Shown here piece after piece: positions 37,286 to 48,378 of a stretch of DNA of 64,000 bases; the stretch's first letter is position 1, and the number at the start of each line of letters is the position of its first letter. The notes under the pieces were generated by a model. The model did not search any database. It had not been told where the DNA came from and saw only the letters and a list, made by a program, of their open reading frames with translations. The position numbers and the translations under genes are program-made. The stretch is taken from assembly GCF_964213995.1 (NCBI RefSeq), contig NW_027590242.1, forward strand, positions 186,001 through 250,000. The letters run 5' to 3'. The stretch comes from Mustelus asterias (Eukaryota).

Positions 37286-39374
37286 TGCATCCACGCCATT
37301 CTGCTCTGGAGAATTCCACAGGTTCGCTACCCTCTCATATGAAGAAACATTTCTCACAATAAACATCTCACACTTAAACTTTTGTATTACAGAATAACAC
37401 TCTGTGGGAAAAACCATTACTTTAATTTTCTGATTTTTCTCCCATTCATAGTCGTCAGTCCATCTCTCCTTCAATTACTGTGCTAAAAACCAAACTATTA
37501 TCATTTCTTTTACACATTGAAATGGGAATGGAGGTGAATGTAATGCTGAGACCGGCAGCATTCTGTGCGGTTGTTCTGGACGCTGTCAGAGTGAGTTCAC
37601 CCTCACAGGCAGGAAGTCTGTTCACGGCGATAACATCAAATTGACCCCGGTTCTTTCATTCCCAGGTGACACATCTTCCTGTTCCTCTGTTGCAAACCGT
37701 ATATCTCACTTCTGAGAAAAAAATAAATCCATGGACCACAATCTGGTGAGAACATCTGTCAAGGCGGCCTATATCTGTCTTCAGTCACGGCAGTGTCACA
37801 TAGATCACATTGGGATGACATTTACAAATTAGCCTGTTGTGATCTGTTTAGAGCTTCCATTCCAGGACATAACTGCATGGTCAGTGGATCAGTCACTGAG
37901 CTCCCTTCGTTCTCTGAGGCGAGAAATGAGATCTTGCTAACTTACACATTTTTCTATTATTTCTCTCTCTCTCTGTTACATTCTCTTTAATGGTTCTCAG
38001 CTTTTAACTGCCAGCACCCTGTCTCTATTTCTCATTTTAATTTTCCTATCTCTCCTGGTATCTCTCTTCATCTCCCTGTCAGTCTATATAATTAAAGTTT
38101 TCAAAATCATTAAGGTGGGAGTGGCAGGAGTGTCGCTAACCAGTGTGCACAGGTTATTAGACAGATGACGTTAGAAGAATAATTGTTTACTTTTACACAA
38201 CGAGTTGACATGAACTGCAATGAGCAGCCTGAAAGGGTGATGGAATCAGATTTGACAGTAACTTTGTAAATTGAATTAGATAAACACTTGATGATGTTTA
38301 AATTTGATGTCTTGTCGAGAATAGGACTATCTGGATGGTTCGTTATATCATTGTCCAAGCATAATTTCTGTACCAAACGTCAAAAGAGTGATAAGGTCAC
38401 AGGAAGGCGTCCATCGTTGGAAGGAGAAATGTCGAGAGTTTCTCTCTTCTTCAGCTCTCTCACCCATTCTGAGTCGAAGAAAATAACAGATAAGAGAAAC
38501 AGAAAGAAATTGAATATAAAGTATCATCGTGAACATTGGCCTTTATTATGTGGTCAATACTCTGAACTCAGACTTGAACCCAAATCATTCCGAGGAGTCT
38601 GTGTGACTGCAGTTAGTCAGTGTCGATCTGGTCTGTTCCCAGTTCCTACTGCACAATTACAAATGTAACCTGCCACAGACGCTGAAAATCTGAAACCTAA
38701 ATGTAATGTGCTGAGAAAGACTCAACACGTCACACAGCAGAAGGAAAATACGTTTGTTTTTCACATATTCTTATCCTTTGCACGCTTACATTATGGGTTT
38801 TGGAGACTGATTCATCATCACCATTTAGTTTAAAACGTTAACTGTTTCTCTCCTCAGATCCTGTCTGAGACGCAGAGCATTTCCAGAAGTTTGTGTTGTA
38901 GCTGTCCTGACACTAGACCCTGTCAGTATGATTGCACTAACTCTTTCCTGACCATATTGCAATGGCACTTGACTCTGTTTTTAAGAATTAAACAAAGCAT
39001 TTGTTAGCATATCAATAGGCGCTGTCTCTCACTCACGATTATTTCAAACAGAACTTTGACTGTGTGCAGCAGAAACTGACTGTGTCATCATCAGAATCGA
39101 CCCAGTTATGTGTTCAGTAAAATACTGCACATTCCTTCTGTTAAAATTACACCAAGCACTGCATTTCTTAAACTCAATTAAGTATTGATTTGCTAATTTT
39201 ATTGCGTGTTATACATTAAGATTGATTGTAATCGTTGCTCTAATAGCGCCCCTGTCATCCACATTTCAATACAGGGCGTCAGCTAGGATGTTTTCTTCAG
39301 GACAATAGGCCAACATTACAGCAACTCACTTTAAATTCCAAATTTTAATTGCATGTTTGAATCTCACGATCTTC

Positions 39375-39862
39375 TGTGGGATGTAAATAAGGTTGAAAGA
39401 GTGCAGAGAAGGTTCACAAGGATGTTGCCGGGACTTGAGAAGCTGAGTTACAGAGAGAGATTGAATAGATTGGGACTTTATTCCCTGGAGCGTAGAAGAT
39501 TGAGGGGAGATTTGATAAAGGTGTATAAGATTTTGATGGGTATAGATAGAGTGAATGCAAGCAGGCTTTTCCCGCTGAGGCTAGGGGAGAAAAAGACCAG
39601 AGGGCATGGGTTAAGGGTGAAAGGAGAAAAGTTTAAAGGGAATATTAGGGGGGGCTTCTTCACGCAGAGAGTGGTGGGAGTGTGGAATGAGCTGCCGGAT
39701 AAAGTGGTAAACTTTTAACATTTAAGAAAAACTTGGACGTGTTCATGGATGAGAGGGTGTGGAGGTATATGGTCCAAGTGCAGGTCAGTGGTTCGGCACA
39801 GACAAGAAGGGCCAAAAGGCCTGTTTCTGAGCTGTAATTTTCTATGGTTCTATGGTTCTATG
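39375..39862 (+). mobile_element. CR1 LINE 3' fragment
   Basis: ORF 39353..39718 ERVQRRFTRMLPG...RVVGVWNELP, with a ttctatgg tail. Confidence 0.9.
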
Positions 39863-40754
39863 ATCATTCAGCCCGCAAATATTGTGTGCTGAGCCTTTTC
39901 AACAATTTCAGCTTTTACCAGAGATGGTTGGGCTTCTTTGAATTGAAACAAATGTGTTATATTCCGGTCAACAATGTTCATGTGTCGGGTCGTAGCTCCA
40001 GGAATATTCTTCCCGCTTCGGATGTTTCAACTGGTGGGCACGCGAGAGGTTCCCTCATTCAAATCGTAGGCAACCCCTTTGCTTCGTTTTGTCGAAAATA
40101 GGTGTTTTGATTTGTTTGTGGCGCAGGTGGCGGAGTTAGTTTTTGCTGGCCAGCTCCGAAAACGATTCAGAGAGACACAGAGTTTTACAGTACGGGAGAG
40201 GCCGTTCGGCCCATCGGCCATCGTGTCCGCGTCGACCGTCAACCCCCAGAACTTGAAACATGAACGCTGTTTCCCTCACCATAGATGCTGCCAGGCCTAC
40301 TGAAATAACGCAGCATTTTCTGTTTTAATTTCAGGTTTCCAGTTTTTGCCGTGTTCCACTTCATATTCGGTCCGGTTTGAATGATACCAATTGCTGGGCC
40401 GTGAGTATCAATGTGCCAGAATGTTTGATGCGTTGCAAATTTGATCAGGGGGTCAAAGGAATGTATCAGAAAAGAGGGGCAGCGGCAGATCCGCACTTCA
40501 TCTTGAATTCCTCGTCTTGAATATTTTTCCCCATTTCTCCATCATGAAGGCATCTTTTTTGAAAAGGTGGATCCCCTGTCATTTCCTCTAGTTCAGTTAC
40601 AACATCAATTGTGTCTCTCTCTCTTTGAGCACACGCTACTGTTCGACATGTTTTAGATGGAAATTAACTTTGTTATCTCCGTCTATAAACTCAGTATTGT
40701 TGAAAGAAGCAACGACTATATATGCACGGTGTGAAAATAGGAACATCATTTTAC

Positions 40755-41555
40755 AAAGAACAAAGAACAGAGAAAATTCCAGCACAGAAACAGCCCTTCT
40801 ACCCTCCAAGCCTGCACCGGCCACACTGCCCGACAGAACCAAAGCCCCCTATCCTTCCAGGTACCATAACCGTCTGTTCCCATCCTAATCATGTATTTCT
40901 CAAGACGCCCCTTAAAAGTCGCTATCGTATTTGCTTCCACTGCCTGCCCGAGCAGCGAGTTCCAGGCACCCACCACCCTCTGTGAAACAAATTACCTCGG
41001 ACATCTCCTTTAAACCTTTCCCCCCACAGCATAAACCTATGCCCCCTAGTAATTGACTCTTCCACCCTGGGAAATAGCTTCTGAGTATCCACTCTGTCCA
41101 TGCCCCACAGAATCTTGTCGACTTCTATCGGGTCGCTCATCAACCTCCGTCATTCCAGTGAGAACAAACCAAGTTTCTCCAACCCCTCCTCACAGCTAAT
41201 GCGCTCCATACCAGGCAACATCCTGGGAAATCTTTTCTGTACCCTCTCTAAAGCCTCCACATCCTTCTATCAATGTGGCGACCAGGATTGAACATTATAT
41301 TCTAAGTGCGACCTAACTAAAGTTCTATAAAGCTGCAATACTTAATTGAGAATATTTAAACTCAAAGCCCCGGCAGATGCAGGCAAGCATGCCGTATGCC
41401 TTCTTGACTACCTTCTCCACCTGCGTTGCCACTTTCAGTGACGTGTGTACCTGTACACCCAGACCTCTCTGACTATCAATAGTCCTAAGGGTTCTGCCAA
41501 TTACTGTATATTTCCTATTTGTATTAGACCTTCCAAAATGCATTCCCTCACATTT
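40755..41555 (-). mobile_element. CR1 LINE 3' fragment
   Basis: ORFs 41325..41585, 40922..41143 and 40746..40976. Confidence 0.9.
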
Positions 41556-41718
41556 TCTTCTCATTGTACCATGAATATTCAGCACTTCTAATTTTAATGA
41601 ATGAATTTTGAGGCCATGTCAGAGCAAATAAATATCCCTGGGAGCTAGCAGGTCTATTAAGATTGGGCATGAAATTTAAATTCTACAAACGTCCCTCAAG
41701 CTGAGCGAGAAACAATTG

Positions 41719-41778
41719 ATTTTTCTTCCTGGTTTTAGAACGTGTTAGGTGAACATGATAACCACTATACTGAAGCAG
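41719..41778 (-). pseudogene. tRNA-Val(AAC)-derived relic with internal deletion
   Basis: Minus strand cagtatagtggttatcatgttcacctaacacg...aaaccaggaagaaa resembles vertebrate tRNA-Val. Confidence 0.55.
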
Positions 41779-42333
41779 CTGATCGCAGAGCCCATGCAAT
41801 CAGGCTGTCTGCAATGTTCAACTCCACTATGTTGTTGCAGGTTCTAATGGTGAAACTGACAGCCCATGTCACTGAATACAAGAAGACAAACGTTACATCC
41901 GACCGGATGTCTCAATTTATCTTGAACTTCAAAATTTAAAATCTTTCATCTGTCAAATGTCTAAGAGAGCAATGATTTATGCTCAATCATTAATGCATCA
42001 TTCTCACCTTCCTTCGAATAGTATCAACCAATTCTACTCAGTGTATGTTTCATAGAATCATAGAATCCCTATAATGCAGAAAATGCCATTCGACCCAACG
42101 AGTATGCACCGACCCTCTGACATCCTATCCCCGTAACACCACAGCTTTCCTCTGGATGATCTATCTAACCTAAGGGGCAGTTTCGCATGGCCAATCTACC
42201 TAAACTGCGCATATTCTGTCAATATTTAATATCCGTACATTTATTAATATAAATGTTATCATCGTGAATTGAACTTATCTGAAATACATAATATTGAATT
42301 GCAAACATGACTGACCAACAAAAGAAATCGAGT

Positions 42334-42682
42334 TTAAAGCAGAACACTGCGGATGCTGGAATCTGAAACAAAAACAACAAATGCCGCAAAATCCCAGCAG
42401 GACTGCTAGCATCTGCTGGGAGAGAATGGAGCCAAAGTTTTGAGTCCAGATGACTCTTCGTCAGAACGTATTTCCTCCTTTCATTCCATGAAGCTGATTT
42501 TTCTCCGTGTGAAGTCATTGTCCAATCCAAATTTGAAGAAGGAGTTTCTGCATTTTGCCTTAGTTAACAAAAGTTATCTGACGAAGCGTCATCTATTAGA
42601 CTCGAAACGTTGGCTCTATTCTCTCCCCACAGACGCTGTCAGACCTGCTGAGGTTTTCCAGCATTTTCTGTTTTTGTGTGTG
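42334..42682. mobile_element. Composite insertion: two inverted hammerhead-bearing Penelope-type short elements around a 109-bp cargo, with 14-bp TSD
   Basis: AAAAGAAATCGAGT at 42320-42333 and 42683-42696. The left arm (minus) carries CTGACGA-AGAGTC-ATCTG-GACTC-AAAA and the right arm (plus) carries CTGACGA-AGCGTC-ATCTATTA-GACTC-GAAA. Confidence 0.85.
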
Positions 42683-43740
42683 AAAAGAAATCGAGTCGCT
42701 GGGTGATACAGATCCCATGGTGTTTATTTCACATTGAGCACAGGCAGCTATTAAACAAAGTCAAATATCTTAAAAGGGAAGACGTTTAAGAATGATCTAT
42801 TAGTTATACTTGATCCCCTTTTATTCTGGGTGTGAAACATTCTGGCGCCTAAATCCTGTTCATCTATAGGGAAGTCCAGCAGATCGCACTGAGTCTTGAT
42901 TTCGTCATCTGCCTGAGTGTTTTTTTGCTACTTCTCTATTATGATGAACGATGTTAAAAGATTGTTCTGCGCAATGTTGCCATTTCCTCTAGTTCAGTTA
43001 CAGTATCACTTGTGTCCGCTTTATTAGCACACAATTCCATTAGATATGTTTCAGATGGTGATTATAGGTTTGTAGGTGCAGACATGTTAGTCTGCACCTA
43101 TAAACCCATTGAATTTTGTTGTACACTGAACGAATTGCCAACATGTGCATCTTATCAAAATAGGAACATTTCATTCCTCATGACGTCTTAAAATGCAGCA
43201 TTTCTGAATTTGCTGAAAGCATTTGGGGCCGAGGTCACGTCAAATATAATATGGCTGTAACATCGAGATTCTGATAATGTTCAGAAACAAGCTTGAATCC
43301 TGCAAACATCGCAGTTCTATGTTTCCAATCGGTTGCAAACCAGTGACTTTTCGGGTGCAAGGCGAGCGTGATGACCAATAAGCTACAGAAATGATTGTTT
43401 ACTCTAAAACCTAAAGGGACTGTCTCTGTATCATTCACTGCTCTCAGGCCCGCATTCATCTCTGTACTTCAGTTGGATTGTCTCTGAATCATTCCGCTCA
43501 ATCTCAGCCTTGCCTATGTCAATGACTTTTATAGCTCTCTCAAAGTGTACAGGTGCATTGGATGATATAGGAAGTGTACAGCTTAGGGACTAAGGACTTA
43601 CTTGCCTGCATAGCACCGTTGATCAAATCTTTAAACATGGTGGGTTAGCAAGCACTGAGCTGATGCTCTGCTGACGCTTCATTCAGCCACCTAGTCTTGG
43701 AAATTTCTTCGACATTAAACAGAGAGATCAGGCAGTGACA

Positions 43741-43890
43741 GGGCTGATCCGCTGTAGGATGCCGAAAATAGCTCCATGGCCAACAGTCTCCGACTCCAAA
43801 TCACTGAATCCAGGCAGCCACTGAGCTGATGCACAAACTGGGCCACACTCACCTGCATAGGCACATTGCTCAGGTTTTTAACAGGAAGTA
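43741..43890 (-). other. Candidate endogenous viral element: PB1 (RdRp) thumb-region-like fragment
   Basis: With small frameshifts it reads NLSNVPMQVSVAQFVHQLSGCLDS-DLESET-AMELFGILQR, resembling recalled TiLV PB1 GVPFRGP..QTAAMLSGAVDSG...AERLFQIKQ. Confidence 0.45.
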
Positions 43891-44551
43891 TGTACAGGGA
43901 TAGGAAAACATACCTTTCAAGTTATCACCAATTTACACTTGCATATTGCTCAGATCTACCTTGCAGCCACATTCATTTTACTGCTGCATTGTTTTGATTA
44001 AATGTTTATTTTTCTATTCTTTGATTGAAGTGTTTTTAGGCGTACATTTCTTCCCATCTGTTCTCTCTTTTGTTCGCTCCCTCAACATCAACTTCATTAC
44101 TCCCTTTGTCAGCCGGAGATATCCCCTACCGCCCCGCCCCCTTTTCTATCGTCCCGTTCCCTGGTTAAATCTCGCAGTCCATGAGGTGCTGTCGGGCAGC
44201 TCTGAAGCCTTTTTAAGTCTGAGCAACCTTTACTTGGTGAAGCTGATCTTCCCAGCCAAGCCTGAATTGAAGCAAATAACAATTGGAAACGAAACATAAA
44301 CTCTTTAACTGATAGCTACTCTCTCTCTCTCACTCTCGCCGATCAACCTTCCAGTCTGATGGGATTCTGCTGTGTGTTGTCTCAGCCGATCCTGGATTCA
44401 GTTGGGTGACAGTTTGATCCGAGGTTAATGAGGTTTCCTCTGGGTGTGTGTTGGAGCGGCTGACAGCGCCGCTGCTCAATCTGGCTGTAACCTTCCGCGA
44501 TTCTCTGCACAAACCTCAACAGACTGGAGCACCCAATGATAGCTGGAAAGC

Positions 44552-44590
44552 AGTTTTTGTACGGGGGTGAGACTGCTTTCTATCACTGTG
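44552..44590 (-). promoter_or_regulatory. 23-bp-spacer recombination signal sequence
   Basis: CACAGTG (44590-44584), a 23-nt spacer, then ACAAAAACT (44560-44552). Confidence 0.97.
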
Positions 44591-45158
44591 AGGCTGAAAG
44601 CGCAGTAATAGCGGCCAGCGTCAGTCAGCTGTAGGCTCGAGATGGTTAAAGTGGTTAATTTAGCCGAGGTCTGGAGATCAGCAGAGAAATTTGGTCCAAA
44701 AACTTCCCCTCTCTCTTCTTGTGTATCCCAGGACCTTTTCCATATAATGAACTGCAAATTCTTCTGTGGCTGCTGTCTGTACCAATATAGGACATAGGCG
44801 CTCGCTGTTGTGCTGTAGGTACATCGGAGAGTCACCGTTTCACCTTCTTTCCTCTCGAAAGACTGCGGCTGAGAAACAGAATCTCCATCACTCGGATCTG
44901 TAACATGTATTCAAGAAGAAAAATAAACTATGTGTTGGATGTGCTGCTGAAATAATATTAACACTTTACAGTCCAGTCTACATAACTGGAGTTATGAAGT
45001 AAAAACAAATAAAGGCTGAATTACTCAGCAGCGTCAGGAAGCATCACTGGAGAGAAGCAGAGTTAAAGTTTCAGATCGAGATAACATTTAACCAGATTGG
45101 AGTCATCCTTACCGACAAGAAACAGCCCGAACACAATGCATACGGTGAGGAACTCCAT
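44591..45158 (-). CDS. T-cell receptor alpha/delta-type V gene segment, apparently functional (leader exon 45158-45113, V exon 44897-44591)
   Basis: Leader MEFLTVCIVFGLFLV with a GTAAG donor and a TTACAG acceptor. The V exon reads DPSDGDSVSQPQSFERKEGETVTLRC TYSTTASAYVLYWYRQQP...TLTISSLQLTDAGRYYCAFSL with no stops, followed by a perfect 23-RSS. Confidence 0.93.
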
Positions 45159-45225
45159 GGCGGCAGCAGAGCCCGGGGCTATGGTTACCTTTAAAAATCC
45201 AAGCATTACCGGTACGGAATCTATT

Positions 45226-45330
45226 TTTAACGTCACTTTCTGATTTCAATGTTCCCGTCCAATCAAACAATCTGCAATCTACCCGTCATAGATTGAGATA
45301 ATATTTAAATGAGTTTCAGTGATTGGCTGA
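45226..45330 (-). promoter_or_regulatory. TCR V promoter: CRE-like decamer and CCAAT boxes
   Basis: AGTGACGTTA (minus, about 45228-45237) lies roughly 70 bp upstream of the ATG and resembles the TCR V AGTGAYRTCA decamer. CCAAT occurs near 45259 and 45323. Confidence 0.6.
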
Positions 45331-45427
45331 AGCTCTTTGACCAACTGTATTAAATATCTGAGACTGGAGTCAGTCACTTGAGTGAATGCAATGTGTGGTG
45401 TGACGGAAGAGTCAGCTTTGCTGACAA

Positions 45428-46135
45428 GACCATAAGATATAGGAGCAGAGTTAGGCTATTCGGCCCATCGTGTCTGCTCCATCATTCAGTCATGGCTGAT
45501 ATGTTTAGAATCCCGACAGTGCAGGAGGAGGCCATTCCGCCCATCGAGTCTTCACCGACCACAGTCCCAGTCAGGCCCCGTTTCCGTAACTCCATGGCCA
45601 ATCAACCTAACCCACATACTTTTGGACTGTGGGAGGAAACCGGAGCACGCAGGGGAAACCCACGCAGACACGGGGAGAATGTGCAGACTCCGCACAGGCA
45701 GTAACCCGAGGCTGGAATTGAACCCGGGCCTCTGGCGCTGTGAGGTAACAGTGCTAACCATTGTGCTAGAGTGCCATCCCTGTGGGGTTTCTCAACCCCA
45801 TTCTCCCATCTTTTCCCCATAACGTTTGATCCCTTCACCAATCAAGGACCTATCGATCTCTGTCTTAAATATACTCAATGATCTGGCCTCCTTAGCCTTC
45901 TGTGGCAAGCAATTCCACAGATTCACCACCCTCTGCCTGAAGAAATTACTCCACATCTCGATTCAAACGGGCCCCCACTTTACTCTGAGGCAGTGCGCTC
46001 GGATCCAAGACTCTCCTACTAATGGAAACATCTTCCTCACGTCTACTCTAACCAGGCCTTTCCGTATTCTGTAAACCTCAAAGAGATCCCCCACATCACT
46101 CTAAACTGCATCGAGTACAGACCCAGAGTTCTCAG
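45428..46135 (-). mobile_element. CR1 3' fragment with nested HE1 SINE (about 45507-45770)
   Basis: CR1 tail cataagatataggagcag, interrupted by an HE1 SINE. Confidence 0.85.
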
Positions 46136-47639
46136 GTGGAAGCAGTTTTTTATTTGATCGGTTTAAATCGTTCATATTGAATTTTATTTATTTTTATGTA
46201 GGTTTGTGATGGCTTCTCAAGATCATTAATCTCACTGTCATGTGCGTGACCTGTTCACACTGAACGCTTCGTTCTGAACAGTAGACTTCGTCGGGTTGCG
46301 AATTTAAATAAAACAATATACTGATTGTACAACAGCGGATTAGATGCAGATCCCTTGAGAGAAACAAGTTCAGCAACACAGAAACATCCAAGCTAAGAAA
46401 TGAAGGTAAACGAATGCAAAGACACTGAGTGATTCGAAGGCCGAGACCGTGATCGAAGGAGAGAGATAAGTGGAGAGGAACAGATGGAGATGGAGAGAGA
46501 TGAGCAAGAGGAAAGAGAATGACAGAAATGAGGCAGTGACAGGGAGATAAAAAGTGGGACAGACATTGAGATAAATGAGGGAGAGACGGGGGCAGCAAGG
46601 GAAATAGATGGTGATACGGTGAAGGGAACAGTTGCAGATATGTAGAGATAATACAGAGAGTGACACAAAGAGAGACAAACGAACAGATCACAAGAGAAAC
46701 AGAGATAGACAGTGACAGGAACAAACGGGTACAACTTGAAAATCAATGGCCTAAATCCAATCAGGAAGGGATTCCAGAAAGCGAAAGATAAATAACATAA
46801 TTTAGAACGTGATGCCAGCGGGGAGATTTCCGGGAGCTCCTTGACACCCTGAGAATGAAACCAGTATCACTATCACATTGTGATCCTTCTCGTGCCCCTG
46901 CAGTAAACACGCACATGCGGTGAGGCAGCTCCATCTGGCGGCGATCCGAGGTACGTTGTTAATTTCTAGAAAACCACCGAATTCTCAGAAGACGGAAGGA
47001 CGTTACTGCATTCGTTTCAAATCTACGTTTATTTATTAGTGTCACAAGTCTCTGGACTAATAGATTCTGAGTTTCTCTTTCTCCCTGTATTTCTCGGGTT
47101 CTCCGGTTCTCTTTTCGTTTGGGACCGATGTATCTCGTTCTGTCATTCCGCCTCGGTTTCTCTATCTCCCTTTGTCCTGCTTCTGACCGTCTCTGTCTTC
47201 ACACTGGCTCTACCTTCTTCTGTTTCTCCCCTTTTCCCTAAGGTTCAGGGTTGAGACAATCCGATTTCTCCCACTCTCCCACTTCAACGAGTCCACTCAA
47301 TTACTCATTATATTGGAGCAGCAATAATTGATAAAGTTAATAACCAGAACTTAAGGGGTAACATTACGATGGAAAGATTTAAATGCAAATAACTAAAGAA
47401 TATAGGAAGTGAATGTGAATCCAGGGTCATGTTTGCATCTTGTGTTGTTATTTTAGAGTAGGCATCTTATCGGAATCTTGATGGCTCCTTCTTGTTTAAA
47501 ATGGGCGTTTATAACCACTATTAATTGAATAAAGCGAATCGCCAGCAACGAAATAAAGTTGGGATTATCTCTCATGCATACGTTCAACTGCATCAAATTA
47601 CACTGCAATAGTAAAAGTACTGCTAGAATAATCCGACAT

Positions 47640-47890
47640 CGTAGCACAGTGGTTAGTCATGCTGCGTTACAGCGCTTTGGACCCGGGTTCAGCCACTGTC
47701 TGTGTGGAGTCTGAAGATTCTCCCCGTGTCTGCGTGAGTTTCCTCCGGGTGCTCCGGTTTCCTCCCGCAGTCCGAAAGATGTGCTGGTTAGGTGCATTGG
47801 CCATGCTAACTTTTCCCTCAGTGTACCCGAACAGGCGCCTGAGTATGGCGACGAGGGGATTTTCACATTAACTTCATTGAAGTGTTGATG
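47640..47890 (+). mobile_element. HE1-type SINE
   Basis: gtagcacagtggttag...gggtgctccggtttcctccc...ggattttcacattaacttcattg. Confidence 0.85.
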
Positions 47891-47994
47891 TGACTGAAAA
47901 TTTTCAGCATTAAGCCAATGTTTGAATGATCAATGCCTGTTCCATGGGCTCTCTTCGCTCTGAGATATTTAATATCTTCTGTGTTTTGTTACAG

Positions 47995-48338
47995 GGATAA
48001 ATGCTGAAGCTTCAGTGTTTCAAGATCGATCTAAATGAAGCGCTCTGGAAGGACAGAGCATATTGTTGGACTGTAAATACTCGACAGCTGCTTTTCAAAC
48101 TGTGTTCTGGTGCATCCACTATCCCGGGCAAGCTCTGCGATATTTGATGAAGATATATAGCTCGGGCAATACCGATACGTCTCCGGATTTGTCAGATAGG
48201 TTCTCGGCTGCTTTGCACAAAGGAAACAACACTGTTCCTTCAAAAATCGCCAGGGCTCTTCTGCCTGACAGCGCCGTGTATTTCTGTGCCATGGAGGCCA
48301 CACTGGTGCAGAAATACAGCGAACCCCGCACAAAAACC
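47995..48338 (+). pseudogene. T-cell receptor alpha/delta-type V pseudogene with RSS
   Basis: TTACAG acceptor, then GINAEASVFQDRSK*SALEGQSILLDC...FWCIHYPG...DSAVYFCAMEA. In-frame TGA at 48036. The RSS is CACACTG (48299), 24 nt, then ACAAAAACC (48330). Confidence 0.9.
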
Positions 48339-48363
48339 CCAGACTGGGAGTTCCGGTTAGAGA

Positions 48364-48378
48364 TCAGCAGAGGGCGCT
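48364..48378 (+). promoter_or_regulatory. CTCF-like motif just downstream of the RSS
   Basis: TCAGCAGAGGGCGCT matches the CTCF core, about 25 bp after the nonamer. Confidence 0.55.

Noticed and set aside
46194-46746. 176-aa hydrophobic ORF
   Set aside because: It is the antisense of a GA-rich low-complexity tract and is open in several frames for compositional reasons.
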